Source of the DNA: Tagaea sp. | GTDB taxonomy: Bacteria > Pseudomonadota > Alphaproteobacteria > CACIAM-22H2 | Direction: 5' to 3' | Length of the DNA stretch: 64,000 nt | NCBI GenBank assembly: GCA_965279525.1 | Contig: CBDIIB010000004.1 | Location: forward strand, 96,001-160,000 | In this document: positions 1 to 9,858 of the stretch, in pieces | Numbering within the stretch: the stretch's first letter is position 1 | How the letters are laid out: each line of letters opens with the position of its first letter | Position numbers and translations under genes: made by a program | Notes under the pieces: generated by a model | What the model was told of the DNA's origin: nothing | What the model saw: the letters and a program-made list of their open reading frames with translations, nothing else | Database searches by the model: none

Positions 1-19
1 ATCCGCAAGCGCGACTTTC

Positions 20-1888
20 GTGGCGCTGGCCTACCACAATGTCGAGGACGCGGATCCCGACCAGTCCTTCCTCGGAATCACGACGGACAAGTTCGTCTCG
101 CAGCTGAGCTGGCTCCAGCGCAACGGCTACCGGCCCGTCACCGTCGACGCGATCCTCGCCTCGCGTGACGGCGGCCCGCCGCTGCCCGACAAGGCGGTGC
201 TGCTGACGTTCGACGACGGCTACGCAAGCTTCGGCACGCGCGTGCTGCCGATCCTGAAGGCCTTCCGGTTTCCCGCGGTGCTGGCGGTGGTCGGTGCATG
301 GATGGAGCCTGTTCCGGTCGTGCAATTCGGTGACCGGCGGGTCGCGCGCGAGCAGTTCCTGTCGTGGGACCAGGTCCGCGAGATCGCGGCGTCCGGGCTC
401 GTCGAGATCGCATCGCATACCTACGACCTGCATCGGGGCACGACTTCCAATCCGCAGGGGAACTCGGCGCCCGACGTGACGACCAAGAGCTTCGATCCGG
501 CGACCGGAGATTACGAGACCGACACGAAGGAGCGCCGCGACCTGTCGGGCGACAGCGCCAGGATCGTGGCCGCGATCGAACGCGAGACCGGGAAGCGGCC
601 GCGCGTGACGGTCTGGCCCTATGGTGAGCACAGCGAAAGCGCAATATCGATCGTGACGGCCAGCGGCATGCCGATCACGTTCACGCTGGTGGACGGATCG
701 GCGTCTGTCGACAGACTCAGCGCGGTCCAGCGCCATCTGGTCAGTCCGGATCCGGCAATCGGCCAGTTCGTCTCGGAGCTGCGCAATCTCGACGTCGTGC
801 CGCCCCAGCGGATTGTTCATGTCGATCTCGACTATGTCTACGACGACGATCCGGTCCAGCTGGAGCGGAACCTCGACCTTCTGGTCCAGCGCATCTACGA
901 CATGCAGATAAGCACGGTCTTCCTGCAGGCGTTCGCGGATCCCACGGGCAGCGGCCTTGCGGGCGCGGTCTACTTCCCGAACCGGGTGCTGCCGATGCGC
1001 TCGGACCTGTTCGACCGAGTGTCCTGGCAGCTGCGCACGCGGGCGCGCGTCAAGGTGTTCGCGTGGATGCCGGTCCTGGCATTCGATTTCGGCGATCGTG
1101 TCTCTCCCGTGCTCGCGTGGGACCCGTCGACCGGAAGGGCGGTGCAGGATCCCAAGGCCTATCGCCGCGCTTCGCCCTTCGACCCCGAGGCGCGGCGGCG
1201 CATCCTGATGCTCTACGAGGATCTGGCGCGCTTCACGCCGTTCGAGGGGCTGCTGTTCCACGACGACGCACAGCTCTCCGATTTCGAGGACGCGAGCCCC
1301 GCTGCACTCGCGGCTTACCGGAGTGCCGGATTTCCGGAATCGATCGGAACGATTCGAGCCGATCCGGCAATGATGCGGCGCTGGACCCGCTTCAAGACCG
1401 ACGCGCTTCTGGCATTCACGCAGGAATTGACGGCCCGGGTGCGCCAGTTCCATTCGCCGATGGCGACCGCGCGCAGCCTCTATGCCGGCCCGGTCCTGGA
1501 TCCGGACGCCGAAGCATGGTTCGCGCAGGATCTCGGCCGGTTCCTGTCGACCTACGACTACGCGGCCGTGATGGCGATGCCAGCGATGGAGAACGTGCCC
1601 GCGGCGGAAGGACAGGCATGGCTCGGGCGGCTGGTGGCGGCTGTCGCCCTCCATCCCGAAGGCCTCAAACGCACGATCTTCGAGCTTCAGGCCGTCGACT
1701 GGCGGGACAGGGCAGGGGACGGCGCGCGCCGGATACCGACAGCCATCCTGGCCGAGCAGATGCGGCTGCTGACCCGGCTGGGCGCGCTGAACTTCGGATA
1801 CTACCCGGACGATTTCGTCTCCGGGCATCCGGATGCACGGGAACTGCACCGCGATTTTTCACTCCAGTCGTATCCGTATCTAAGATGA
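20..1888 (+). CDS. pgaB: Poly-beta-1,6-N-acetylglucosamine N-deacetylase/GH153 hydrolase PgaB (N-terminus probably lies before the window)
   Basis: CE4 motifs LTFDDG, ASHTYDLH, VWPYG; C-terminal domain HVDLDYVYD...FGYYPDDF; no signal peptide seen, so probably 5'-partial; directly upstream of pgaC. Confidence 0.93.
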   Translation: MALAYHNVEDADPDQSFLGITTDKFVSQLSWLQRNGYRPVTVDAILASRDGGPPLPDKAVLLTFDDGYASFGTRVLPILKAFRFPAVLAVVGAWMEPVPVVQFGDRRVAREQFLSWDQVREIAASGLVEIASHTYDLHRGTTSNPQGNSAPDVTTKSFDPATGDYETDTKERRDLSGDSARIVAAIERETGKRPRVTVWPYGEHSESAISIVTASGMPITFTLVDGSASVDRLSAVQRHLVSPDPAIGQFVSELRNLDVVPPQRIVHVDLDYVYDDDPVQLERNLDLLVQRIYDMQISTVFLQAFADPTGSGLAGAVYFPNRVLPMRSDLFDRVSWQLRTRARVKVFAWMPVLAFDFGDRVSPVLAWDPSTGRAVQDPKAYRRASPFDPEARRRILMLYEDLARFTPFEGLLFHDDAQLSDFEDASPAALAAYRSAGFPESIGTIRADPAMMRRWTRFKTDALLAFTQELTARVRQFHSPMATARSLYAGPVLDPDAEAWFAQDLGRFLSTYDYAAVMAMPAMENVPAAEGQAWLGRLVAAVALHPEGLKRTIFELQAVDWRDRAGDGARRIPTAILAEQMRLLTRLGALNFGYYPDDFVSGHPDARELHRDFSLQSYPYLR

Positions 1889-3198
1889 TCGCGGGCCTGT
1901 TCGGCACAGCACTGGTATTCGCGATCGCGGTGCTGGCGAAGCTCGGCGGTTTCCTGCTGCAGTTCGTCTTTCTCTATCCGCTGTTCATGTCGTTCCTGTG
2001 GATGGTCGGCGCGGTCTATTTCTACTGGCACTGGGAACGGCGGGGCGTGCGTTCGGAGAGTCCTCCGGTCATCGAGAATCCGCCGATGGTCTCGATACTA
2101 GTGCCCTGCTTCAACGAAACCGCGAATGTCGCTGAGACGATCGCGGCTGCGGTCGCGCAGACCTATCCGAACTTCGAGGTGATCGCGATCGACGACGGCT
2201 CGAGCGACACGACAGGGGCGGTCCTTGACCGCCTGACTGCGGCATATCCGATGCTCCGGGTCGTCCACTTTGCCGGGAACCAGGGCAAGGCGATGGCGCT
2301 TCGCATGGGCGCCCTTGTCGCGCGCGGGGAGTTTCTGGTCTGCATCGACGGCGATGCCGTCCTCGATCCCGACGCGACGACGTACATGGTGCGGCTTCTC
2401 GTCAACAGTCCGCGCGTCGGTGCGGTAACGGGAAATCCCAGAATCCGCACGCGTTCGACGTTGCTGGGCAAGCTCCAGGTCGGCGAATTCTCGTCGATCA
2501 TCGGACTGATCAAGCGGGCGCAACGCATCTATGGCTGCGTCTTCACGGTGTCGGGCGTGATTGCCGCTTATCGGCGGGCCGCACTGCACCGCTGCGGATA
2601 CTGGAGCCTCGACATGATCACCGAGGACATCGACGTGAGCTGGATGCTCCAGGCAGATCACTGGAGCATCCAGTACGAGCCCGACGCGCTGTGCTGGATC
2701 CTCATGCCCGAAACGTTCGGGGGCCTTTGGAAGCAGCGCCTGCGCTGGGCGCAAGGTGGGGCGCAGGTCTTCCTGAAGCAGATCCGCCACATGTTCGCGT
2801 GGAATCGCCGGCGGATGTGGGGCGTGCTTATCGAGTACTGCCTAAGCCTCGCGTGGGCCTTCGCGCTGGTCCTGACATTCGTGCTGTGGGGCATCGGCAA
2901 GTTCGTCGCGATGCCCGAAGGCCTAAACGTCGCAACCATCCAGCCGCCGGCATTCTGGGGGCTGTTGCTGGCCACGACGTGCCTTGCCCAGTTCGCGTTG
3001 GCACTGCTGATCGAGTCACGCTACGAAACGCGACTGTTCCGGCTGATCTTCTGGGTCATCTGGTATCCCTTCTTTTTCTGGATACTGACATTGACGACGT
3101 CGCTCGTCGGATTCGCCAGGGCGCTCGGGCAATTGCGCGGCAAGCGCGCGTTGTGGACAAGCCCGGATCGGGGGATCACGTCATCCGCCCGTCGCTGA
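1885..3198 (+). CDS. pgaC: Poly-beta-1,6-N-acetylglucosamine synthase PgaC (GT2)
   Basis: ATG at 1885 overlaps pgaB stop (ATGA); PCFNE, DDGS, DGD, TEDID, QRLRW processive GT2 motifs; C-terminal WTSPDRG. Confidence 0.95.
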   Translation: MIAGLFGTALVFAIAVLAKLGGFLLQFVFLYPLFMSFLWMVGAVYFYWHWERRGVRSESPPVIENPPMVSILVPCFNETANVAETIAAAVAQTYPNFEVIAIDDGSSDTTGAVLDRLTAAYPMLRVVHFAGNQGKAMALRMGALVARGEFLVCIDGDAVLDPDATTYMVRLLVNSPRVGAVTGNPRIRTRSTLLGKLQVGEFSSIIGLIKRAQRIYGCVFTVSGVIAAYRRAALHRCGYWSLDMITEDIDVSWMLQADHWSIQYEPDALCWILMPETFGGLWKQRLRWAQGGAQVFLKQIRHMFAWNRRRMWGVLIEYCLSLAWAFALVLTFVLWGIGKFVAMPEGLNVATIQPPAFWGLLLATTCLAQFALALLIESRYETRLFRLIFWVIWYPFFFWILTLTTSLVGFARALGQLRGKRALWTSPDRGITSSARR

Positions 3199-3638
3199 TA
3201 ATCGACAGCTCGGGCAAGCGGCCGGCCTGGCGCCGGCGGCTCGATTGGCTGCTTTCGGCGGGGATGTGGATTCTCTATCTCTATTTCGTCCGCGAAGCGT
3301 TGGCTGACATTTATGAGCTTACGATCGAGGCTTTCGCGTGGGCCTTCCAGGGGGCCGACTGGCCGGAGTTGCCGTCAATGTCGCGTCTCTACGGCACGTT
3401 GCTGACGTACGGCATCATTGCCGTAGCCAACGGCGCATTGCTTATCGCTTGGGCGCTCTACAATCAGGTCCGGTTTCGCGGACAGGATCGTCACGTGGCG
3501 CAATCTCCTGTCGTTCCGGCCGATCTTGCAGTGCTCTACGGGGCTTCGGTCGCCAGCGTCGAAGCTTGGCAGTCTGCGCGGATACTGACGATGCGACACA
3601 GTCCAGATGGCACTTTGATCGATGTCGACATCAAATAG
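3153..3638 (+). CDS. pgaD: PNAG biosynthesis protein PgaD (start uncertain; GTG 3153 is the nearest canonical start)
   Basis: Small protein with two TM segments, LII start region, LIAWALYNQVRF motif; follows pgaC. Confidence 0.82.
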   Translation: MDKPGSGDHVIRPSLIIDSSGKRPAWRRRLDWLLSAGMWILYLYFVREALADIYELTIEAFAWAFQGADWPELPSMSRLYGTLLTYGIIAVANGALLIAWALYNQVRFRGQDRHVAQSPVVPADLAVLYGASVASVEAWQSARILTMRHSPDGTLIDVDIK

Positions 3639-3863
3639 ATCTCGGTATTGCAGTTTGACCCTTCGGATATTCGTCTACGCTGGATTCCACTCCTTGCCTG
3701 AAAATGCGGAGACGACCATGTGATTGTTCTTGTTCGTTCTGTCGGGAGGAAAATGGCATTTCCCGTTGCCGCGCACCACCCTGCGCCGATTTAATTTTGA
3801 GCTCTAGGATGATCAAGTTGGTGAGGCAATTCCTTGTCGCTGCTTCTTGTCGCTGCGACGGAG

Positions 3864-4577
3864 TCAGGCCGCGACGTATCCGCCATCGACCGGGATCATC
3901 ACGCCATTGACAAGCTTCGCGGCCGGCGATGCGAGGAAGACGGCGGTCCCGGCCAGTTCGTCAGGTTCGGACCATCGGTGCGTCGGGAGACGGGCAAGAA
4001 CCTTCTCGTTGAAGCGTGGATCTTCGCGACCTATCCGGCTGATCTCGGTGCGTATCCAGCCGGGCGCGATCGCATTCACGCGGATGCCGTCCTCGACATA
4101 GGCAAGAGCCAGCGACTTCGTGAGGCCGACGATGGCGGTCTTTGCTGCGGCATAGCCGGGGATCATCGATGCGCCGAAGTACGAGTACATCGATCCGATA
4201 TTGATGATACAGCCCTTCGACGCAGCAAGATGGGGGCGGAATGCGCTGGCGAGGCGCATATTTCCGCCCAGGTGGATGTCGACGATGTCCATGAATACGT
4301 CCGGCTTGTGTTCTTCGTGGCGAAGCAGCCGTCCGGCACAGTGGATGAGGACGTCGAGCTTTCCGGTCTTGGCGGCCAGCGCCGCCACTGCTTCGTCGCT
4401 ACGCACGTCGAGCAACTCGAAGGTGAAGCCCTCGTCGATCGCCGGAGGTTTGATATCGGTGATTATGACCTGTGCGCCGGCGGCACGGAACGCGCGTGCG
4501 AAAGCAGTACCGATACCGCCCGTGCCTCCGCTGATGAGAACATGCTGGCCGGAGACGGAAAAGTCAGGTGCCGACAT
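3864..4577 (-). CDS. SDR family NAD(P)-dependent oxidoreductase
   Basis: SGGTGGIG, YAAAK, VNAIAPG, PVDGG. Confidence 0.92.
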   Translation of the reverse strand: MSAPDFSVSGQHVLISGGTGGIGTAFARAFRAAGAQVIITDIKPPAIDEGFTFELLDVRSDEAVAALAAKTGKLDVLIHCAGRLLRHEEHKPDVFMDIVDIHLGGNMRLASAFRPHLAASKGCIINIGSMYSYFGASMIPGYAAAKTAIVGLTKSLALAYVEDGIRVNAIAPGWIRTEISRIGREDPRFNEKVLARLPTHRWSEPDELAGTAVFLASPAAKLVNGVMIPVDGGYVAA

Positions 4578-4610
4578 AGGATTCCTCCGGCGTTGCTTCG
4601 ATCCGGCAGT

Positions 4611-6557
4611 CTACTCCGCATCGCTTCCTGCAAAGGCGGAAGTTGTCGATCGGGCCGAGTTCCACAGGCCGATTACCCGGCGATAGCGGGCGGCAATGTC
4701 GGATACGGCATGCTGATCGTCGATCCGATCCGCAAACCACGCTTCCGCCGTCGACCAGAATATGTGCCGACCGACCGCAAATCCCTTCACGAGATCCTCG
4801 CTGCGGGCTGCGGCGAATGCGGATGCGAGGTCGTCCTCATTCGAATCGAGGCCGAGGATGACGATGCCGCGGCAGTTGTGGTCATTTCTGCGCACGATGT
4901 CCGCCACGTCGCGCCAGGCAGCTATCGTGCCCATTGGCGGAAGCTTCCACCAGTCGGGCTCGAGCCCGGCTTCGTAAAGACGCCCTACGGCTTCGGCGAC
5001 GAGCCTGTCCGTACCGGCTTCCGAGGTTCCGGGTGGAATCACCTCCAGCAGCCATTCGTGGCCCGATGCCTGGCAGTGAGCCTGAAGCGACAGCAGCTTC
5101 GCTTCCTGGGCCAGACGCAGATCGGGCGCATCGTCCGCGCGGTACATGACAAGGACTTTGGCGACGTGCCCGGCTGGCCACGTGCGAAGGAGTGCAGGAA
5201 GGCCATTCCCGGCTTCGAACTCGAGCGGGCAGGAACCGGGTAGCTCGACAGGCCGCGCGATCCATCGCTCGCCCTCGCCGAGCCGGTGAAGTGCCGTGCG
5301 ACCAAAGCGGTCGTCGACGATCGAGCCGGCGCCGGAACGATCGCCGACGGAAAGCGCTGCTTCCGCGATCAGGCCTTTGAAGTTCTCAATTTCGGGCACG
5401 CCTTTTCCATGTCTGGCGGCAAGATCCTCGAATTGCTTGCGATGGTCGAAGGCCAGAGCCGTCACGACTGGCCAAGGCCGGCGTCCCGTCGTCACGCGAT
5501 GCAGGCGCATGATCTCGGGATCGGTATCGAGCCGGCGAAGCCGCCCGGCGCGCGCCAACAGGCTCTCCATCTCCGCCCAGCTTGGCATCGCGGGCGCGCA
5601 GCCGTGACGCGATACGACAAGAGCGCCGCACGCATTCGCATAAGTCGCGGCCGTTCGCCAGTTCTCCCCCCGGAGCCAACCGCGGAGCAGTCCGGCCATA
5701 AAGCCGTCACCGGCACCGAGGACATTGAAAATCTCAACCTTGAATCCCGGACAGTCTATCGCGTCCGCGAAGGTGCTCGGAATCTGGCCAGTAAAGATCG
5801 TGCAACCGTGCCCGCCACGCTTGACGACGAGAGTTGCTGCTGTGACGGCACGCAGACGGTGGAGGGCTGCAAATGTATCGGTGCTGCCGCCTGCAATATG
5901 GATCTCTTCCTCGGTTCCGACGATCAGGTCGCAGAGAGGTGCAATACCCTGCAGGTGCTCGGAGATCCTGTCGGACGCGATGAAGCGCTCCTCGCCCAAT
6001 CCATGTCCTGCAAGACCCCAGAGGACGGGACGATAGTCTATGTCGAGGACGACCTTGGTTCCCGCCGCGCGCGCAAGGGAAATCGCGTGACGGCTGGTCC
6101 GATCGACATGCTGCGTTGAAAAATGCGTGCCCGTCACCAGCAATGCCCGCGCGGAGGCGATGAATTCAGCGTCGAAGTCCTCTGGCGATACGGCCATGTC
6201 AGCGCAGTTTTCGCGATAGAAGATCAGCGGGAAGGTGGATTGGTCGCGGATGCCCAGCAGGACGAGCGCCGTCAGGCGGTGCGGATCGGTCCGGACATGG
6301 CTGACGTCGACACCTTCGGTGCGAAGTGCTTCGCGAACGAAGCGGCCCATATGCTCATCGCCGACCCGGGCGAGCATGGCAGGTTTGAGGCCCAGGCGTG
6401 CCGCGCCGACCGAGATGTTCGCAGGGCAGCCGCCGAGATACTTCGCGAAGCTGGACATGTCCTCGAGCCGGCCACCGACCTGCTCGCCGTACAGGTCGAC
6501 TGCAGCGCGACCAAGTGCCACAAAGTCCAGCGGTCGCTGTTCGGGCGAAAGGGGCAT
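4611..6557 (-). CDS. iolC: 5-dehydro-2-deoxygluconokinase IolC (PfkB kinase plus C-terminal DUF2090 aldolase-like domain)
   Basis: GRAAVDLYGEQ, FAKYLGGCPANI, FPLIFYRENCADM, DIDYRPVLWGL, NVLGAGDGF; C-terminal LAFDHR, PDWWKL, GFAVGR; ATG at 6557. Confidence 0.92.
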   Translation of the reverse strand: MPLSPEQRPLDFVALGRAAVDLYGEQVGGRLEDMSSFAKYLGGCPANISVGAARLGLKPAMLARVGDEHMGRFVREALRTEGVDVSHVRTDPHRLTALVLLGIRDQSTFPLIFYRENCADMAVSPEDFDAEFIASARALLVTGTHFSTQHVDRTSRHAISLARAAGTKVVLDIDYRPVLWGLAGHGLGEERFIASDRISEHLQGIAPLCDLIVGTEEEIHIAGGSTDTFAALHRLRAVTAATLVVKRGGHGCTIFTGQIPSTFADAIDCPGFKVEIFNVLGAGDGFMAGLLRGWLRGENWRTAATYANACGALVVSRHGCAPAMPSWAEMESLLARAGRLRRLDTDPEIMRLHRVTTGRRPWPVVTALAFDHRKQFEDLAARHGKGVPEIENFKGLIAEAALSVGDRSGAGSIVDDRFGRTALHRLGEGERWIARPVELPGSCPLEFEAGNGLPALLRTWPAGHVAKVLVMYRADDAPDLRLAQEAKLLSLQAHCQASGHEWLLEVIPPGTSEAGTDRLVAEAVGRLYEAGLEPDWWKLPPMGTIAAWRDVADIVRRNDHNCRGIVILGLDSNEDDLASAFAAARSEDLVKGFAVGRHIFWSTAEAWFADRIDDQHAVSDIAARYRRVIGLWNSARSTTSAFAGSDAE

Positions 6558-6565
6558 GTGCGCTC

Positions 6566-7411
6566 TCAAGATTGCTGCGCGGCGAGCCGATGGCCGAGCG
6601 ATACGACAAGGCTTTCGGCAAGACACATTGGCGCCACGAGAGAACGGAAGGGACGGTCGCGCCGTTCCGCGATCTCGAAGCAGACGGTCGCGTGCTGCGC
6701 CAGCGGCGACAGGGGGCTGTCCGTAAATGCGATTACCGGAACCTTGCGTGCGGCGGCCTGCTCGACCGCCGTGACCACGTCGGGCGAATAGTCCTTGAAG
6801 CTTACGGCGACGATCGCGTCTTCCCGCGATGCCATGCGCGCATGCCGGATTGCGGTGCCGGCAATGCTGTCGATCAGGAATGCCTGAAGATCGAGACGGG
6901 AGAGGGCGTACTGCAGATAGAACGCGACAGGAAAGGAGCGGCCCTGGCCAAGCAGGTGGATTGCCTTTGCCTTGTCGAGCAGCGTCACCGCGCGCTGGAG
7001 ATCGCGTGTCGAGACGCCGGCGCGAAGTTCCTCGAGTGCGCCGATATCGTCCGCCACGAACTGGTCGAGAACGGCCTCGGACGAGCCACCCTGTACGCTG
7101 CCGCGACTCCGCCCTCCGGAGGGCATCGACGCGATCCGTTCCCGATAGCTGGGCGCTGCGTCGGCAACGAGCCGGGAGCGGAATACCTGCTGCATCTCGC
7201 TGAACCCGTCGAATCCGAAACTGTTCGCGAAGCGGATGATGCTTGAAGGCTGGACTCCGATCTTCTCGGCCAGCGCCGCGACCGTATCCAGCGCCACTTC
7301 GTTGGGGTGCTGGATCGCGAACTCGCCGATCCGCCGCAGGCGGTCGGACAACTCGGGATGGCGGCGCGCGATCCGGCCGCGCAGGTCTTCGTAGGACTGA
7401 AGTGCAGGCAT
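6566..7411 (-). CDS. iolR: RpiR/MurR family regulator, IolR-like
   Basis: N-terminal HTH (VQPSSIIRFANSFGFDGFSEMQ) plus SIS domain (TDSPLSPL); directly upstream of iolC. Confidence 0.8.
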   Translation of the reverse strand: MPALQSYEDLRGRIARRHPELSDRLRRIGEFAIQHPNEVALDTVAALAEKIGVQPSSIIRFANSFGFDGFSEMQQVFRSRLVADAAPSYRERIASMPSGGRSRGSVQGGSSEAVLDQFVADDIGALEELRAGVSTRDLQRAVTLLDKAKAIHLLGQGRSFPVAFYLQYALSRLDLQAFLIDSIAGTAIRHARMASREDAIVAVSFKDYSPDVVTAVEQAAARKVPVIAFTDSPLSPLAQHATVCFEIAERRDRPFRSLVAPMCLAESLVVSLGHRLAAQQS

Positions 7412-7431
7412 CGAACGCTCTTGGCACAGGT

Positions 7432-7505
7432 GGAACGAAAATTCGACTTTACAGTAGAAATAGAATATGTATTCTATCGGCGAAACACAATAGAATAATA
7501 ATTCC
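7432..7505. promoter_or_regulatory. Three IolR-type operator boxes (G/A)GAA-N6-TTC in the divergent promoter
   Basis: GGAA-CGAAAA-TTCG at 7432, AGAA-TATGTA-TTCT at 7462 (inside palindrome ATAGAATA-TG-TATTCTAT), AGAA-TAATAA-TTCC at 7492. Confidence 0.7.
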
Positions 7506-7518
7506 AAGTGAGGCACGC

Positions 7519-8424
7519 GTGAGTCAGACCGCACGAATTGGCTTCATCGGCGTCGGCATGATGGGGCACGGAATGGCGAAGAACCTTGTCGAGAAAGGCT
7601 TCGCGACCGTCGTGCTCGGCAACCGGAATCGCATACCCGTCGACGATCTCGTCAAGCGTGGCGCCGTCGAGGGGCGCAACCCGGCGGACGTCGCGGCCAG
7701 AAGCGACATCGTCTTCCTGTGTGTCACGGGCTCGCCGCAGGTCGAGGCGATCGTGTACGGCCCAGACGGACTTCTGTCTGCGGCGCGCAAGGGGCTCATC
7801 GTCGTCGATTGTTCGACCAGCGAGATGGAATCGTCGGAACGGATACGCGACGCCTTCGTCCAGGTTGGTACGGCGTTCGCGGATGCACCGTTGGCGCGGA
7901 CGCCAAAGGAGGCGGAAGAGGGCAGGCTCAATTCGATGGTCGGTGCGGACGAGGTGACGTTTGCCGCGATCCGCCCGGCGCTCGCGACTTTCTGCGAAAA
8001 CATATTCCATGTCGGCGGGCCGGGCGCCGGGCACAAGACGAAGCTGATCTACAACTTCATCGCGATGGGGCATGCCGCCCTGATCGCCGAAGCGCTTGTC
8101 GCTGGCGCCAGATCCGGCGTCGATCTCGAGAACTTCGCGAAGGTAGTTGCCGGTGGCGGTGCCAACAGCGGGATCTTCCAGCTGATCGTTCCGAAGGCGC
8201 TTGCCGGCGACTATGGCGGCCTCCAGTTCGGTCTGGGTCTCGCGCAGAAGGACCTCCGTTACTACACGCACATGACCGAAGCGCTGAACCTGCCCAGCAT
8301 GATGGGCGAGGCGGTGCATCAGGCGTTCGTTCAGGCATCGGCGCTCGGCTTCGCGTCGAAGTTCGTTCCGTCGCTGATCGAGGCCCAGGAGAAGATCACC
8401 GGCGTAAAGATACGGAAGCCGTGA
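7519..8424 (+). CDS. NAD(P)-dependent beta-hydroxyacid dehydrogenase (3-hydroxyisobutyrate/2-hydroxy-3-oxopropionate reductase family)
   Basis: IGFIGVGMMGHGMA, DCST, DAPL, catalytic K in GHKTKLIYN, KDL; GTG start after GAGG. Confidence 0.88.
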   Translation: MSQTARIGFIGVGMMGHGMAKNLVEKGFATVVLGNRNRIPVDDLVKRGAVEGRNPADVAARSDIVFLCVTGSPQVEAIVYGPDGLLSAARKGLIVVDCSTSEMESSERIRDAFVQVGTAFADAPLARTPKEAEEGRLNSMVGADEVTFAAIRPALATFCENIFHVGGPGAGHKTKLIYNFIAMGHAALIAEALVAGARSGVDLENFAKVVAGGGANSGIFQLIVPKALAGDYGGLQFGLGLAQKDLRYYTHMTEALNLPSMMGEAVHQAFVQASALGFASKFVPSLIEAQEKITGVKIRKP

Positions 8425-8489
8425 CCGACAACCATTCCGACCCGACAACCGAAAATGCGGCGAATGCCGCGACAGGACAGGAGGAACGC

Positions 8490-9791
8490 ATGATTAAGAA
8501 CAGGGACGTATCGCGGCGCCGGCTTCTGAAGGGAAGCGCAATGGCGGCGGCCTTGGCCGGGACGGGGACCTTCTTCGGGCCGTGGACGCACACGCGCGTT
8601 CTGGCGCAAGGCCAGAAGAAGCCGATCAAGATCGGCTTTACCTGCGATGCAAGCGGCCAGTACGGCGATAGCGGCCAGGACGACCTGCGCGGATGCCGCA
8701 TGGCGATCGATGAGTTCAACGCCAAGGGCGGCGTGCTCGGCCGCAAGGTCGAATGGATCACGGCCGATACGGAGACGAATCCCGCGACCGGAAGCCGCAT
8801 CGCCGAACGCTTCATCACGCGCGATGAATGCGGATTCCTCGTCGGTGCCGTTCATTCGGGGGTCGCCAACGCGATCACCCAGGTCGCCGCCAAGTACGGC
8901 ACGATCTATCTCAACACGAATTCGAGCGCGCCGAGCGAAGCGGGCGAGAACTGCAACAGGATCAAGTTCGTCTGGGACGGCAACGGCAGCAACTTCGCGA
9001 CGGCGACCGTTCGGGCTGCCATCAACTCGGTCGGCAAGAACTGGATGCTGCTGACCAACGACTATGTCTGGGGCCATTCGACGTCGAATGCAACGAAGGC
9101 GCTGGTCGAGGCGGCCGGCGGCAAGATCATTGACAACCTGCTGGTGCCCCAGAATACGCGCGACTTCACGGCCTATCTCCTCAAGATCCAGCAGGCGAAG
9201 CCGGACGTGGTCGCGGCCGCCATCGGCGGTGACGACATCAAGGCGCTGCGTACGCAGGTCGCCCAGCTCAAGCTCGACGGCAAACCCGCCTGGATCAACA
9301 ACCAGCAGGATTGGCCGGACGTGTGGGGCGCTGGTGCGGACAGCCTTTTCGGCGTCTTCGGCACGACCTGGTATCACAAGCTTCCGCTGCCCGGCGTCGC
9401 CGACTTCGTCAAGAAGTGGCAGGTCGCGAACGCGAATGGCCCGATCCCGGTACCGGGGAACGTGTCCTACAACGGCTACATGGCGACGCGTGAACTCCTG
9501 CGCGCGATCGAGCGTGCCGGTGGTACCAACAACATCAAGGTGATCAAGGAACTCGAGAATCTGAAGGTCTCGGCGGCCGATCGCATGCAGCACTTCGATG
9601 CCTACATGGATCCGGTCACCCACCAGATGCAGCAGACGATCTATCTGGCGCGGCGGAACATGAAGCCGTCTGATCCGTCCGATCTTTACGAAGTTATCAG
9701 CTGGATTGACGCCAAGGCAGCCGCCGACACGGCCGCGGCAGGAAAGTGCAAGCTTGCAGCCTACGACCAGGTTCCGACTTTCGAACTTTAG
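8490..9791 (+). CDS. ABC substrate-binding protein, branched-chain (LivK/LivJ-like) family, Tat signal
   Basis: SD GGAGG; SRRRLLK twin-arginine leader; IKIG, NAKGGVLGRKVE, DYVWG. Confidence 0.9.
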   Translation: MIKNRDVSRRRLLKGSAMAAALAGTGTFFGPWTHTRVLAQGQKKPIKIGFTCDASGQYGDSGQDDLRGCRMAIDEFNAKGGVLGRKVEWITADTETNPATGSRIAERFITRDECGFLVGAVHSGVANAITQVAAKYGTIYLNTNSSAPSEAGENCNRIKFVWDGNGSNFATATVRAAINSVGKNWMLLTNDYVWGHSTSNATKALVEAAGGKIIDNLLVPQNTRDFTAYLLKIQQAKPDVVAAAIGGDDIKALRTQVAQLKLDGKPAWINNQQDWPDVWGAGADSLFGVFGTTWYHKLPLPGVADFVKKWQVANANGPIPVPGNVSYNGYMATRELLRAIERAGGTNNIKVIKELENLKVSAADRMQHFDAYMDPVTHQMQQTIYLARRNMKPSDPSDLYEVISWIDAKAAADTAAAGKCKLAAYDQVPTFEL

Positions 9792-9804
9792 GTCTGCCTC
9801 CCGA

Positions 9805-9834
9805 GGGCCCGGATGCGAATTCGCATCCGGGCCC
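9805..9834. repeat. Perfect 30-bp palindrome after the SBP gene
   Basis: GGGCCCGGATGCGAA|TTCGCATCCGGGCCC. Confidence 0.9.
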
Positions 9835-9858
9835 GTTCATGTTCCATCGGAATCTATC

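Noticed and set aside
1063-1884. N-terminal extension of pgaC in the ORF track
   Set aside because: Lies inside pgaB in another frame; the ATGA overlap at 1885 gives the natural start
3726-3794. GTTC-N6-GTTC followed by GGAGG and a 13-codon ORF (possible LexA box and small gene)
   Set aside because: The alphaproteobacterial LexA box has a 7-nt spacer, and the ORF is too short to support
6558-7427. 290-aa N-terminal extension of iolC in the ORF track (938 aa)
   Set aside because: Overlaps the RpiR gene in another frame and is Arg/Pro-rich shadow sequence; IolC homology starts at 6557
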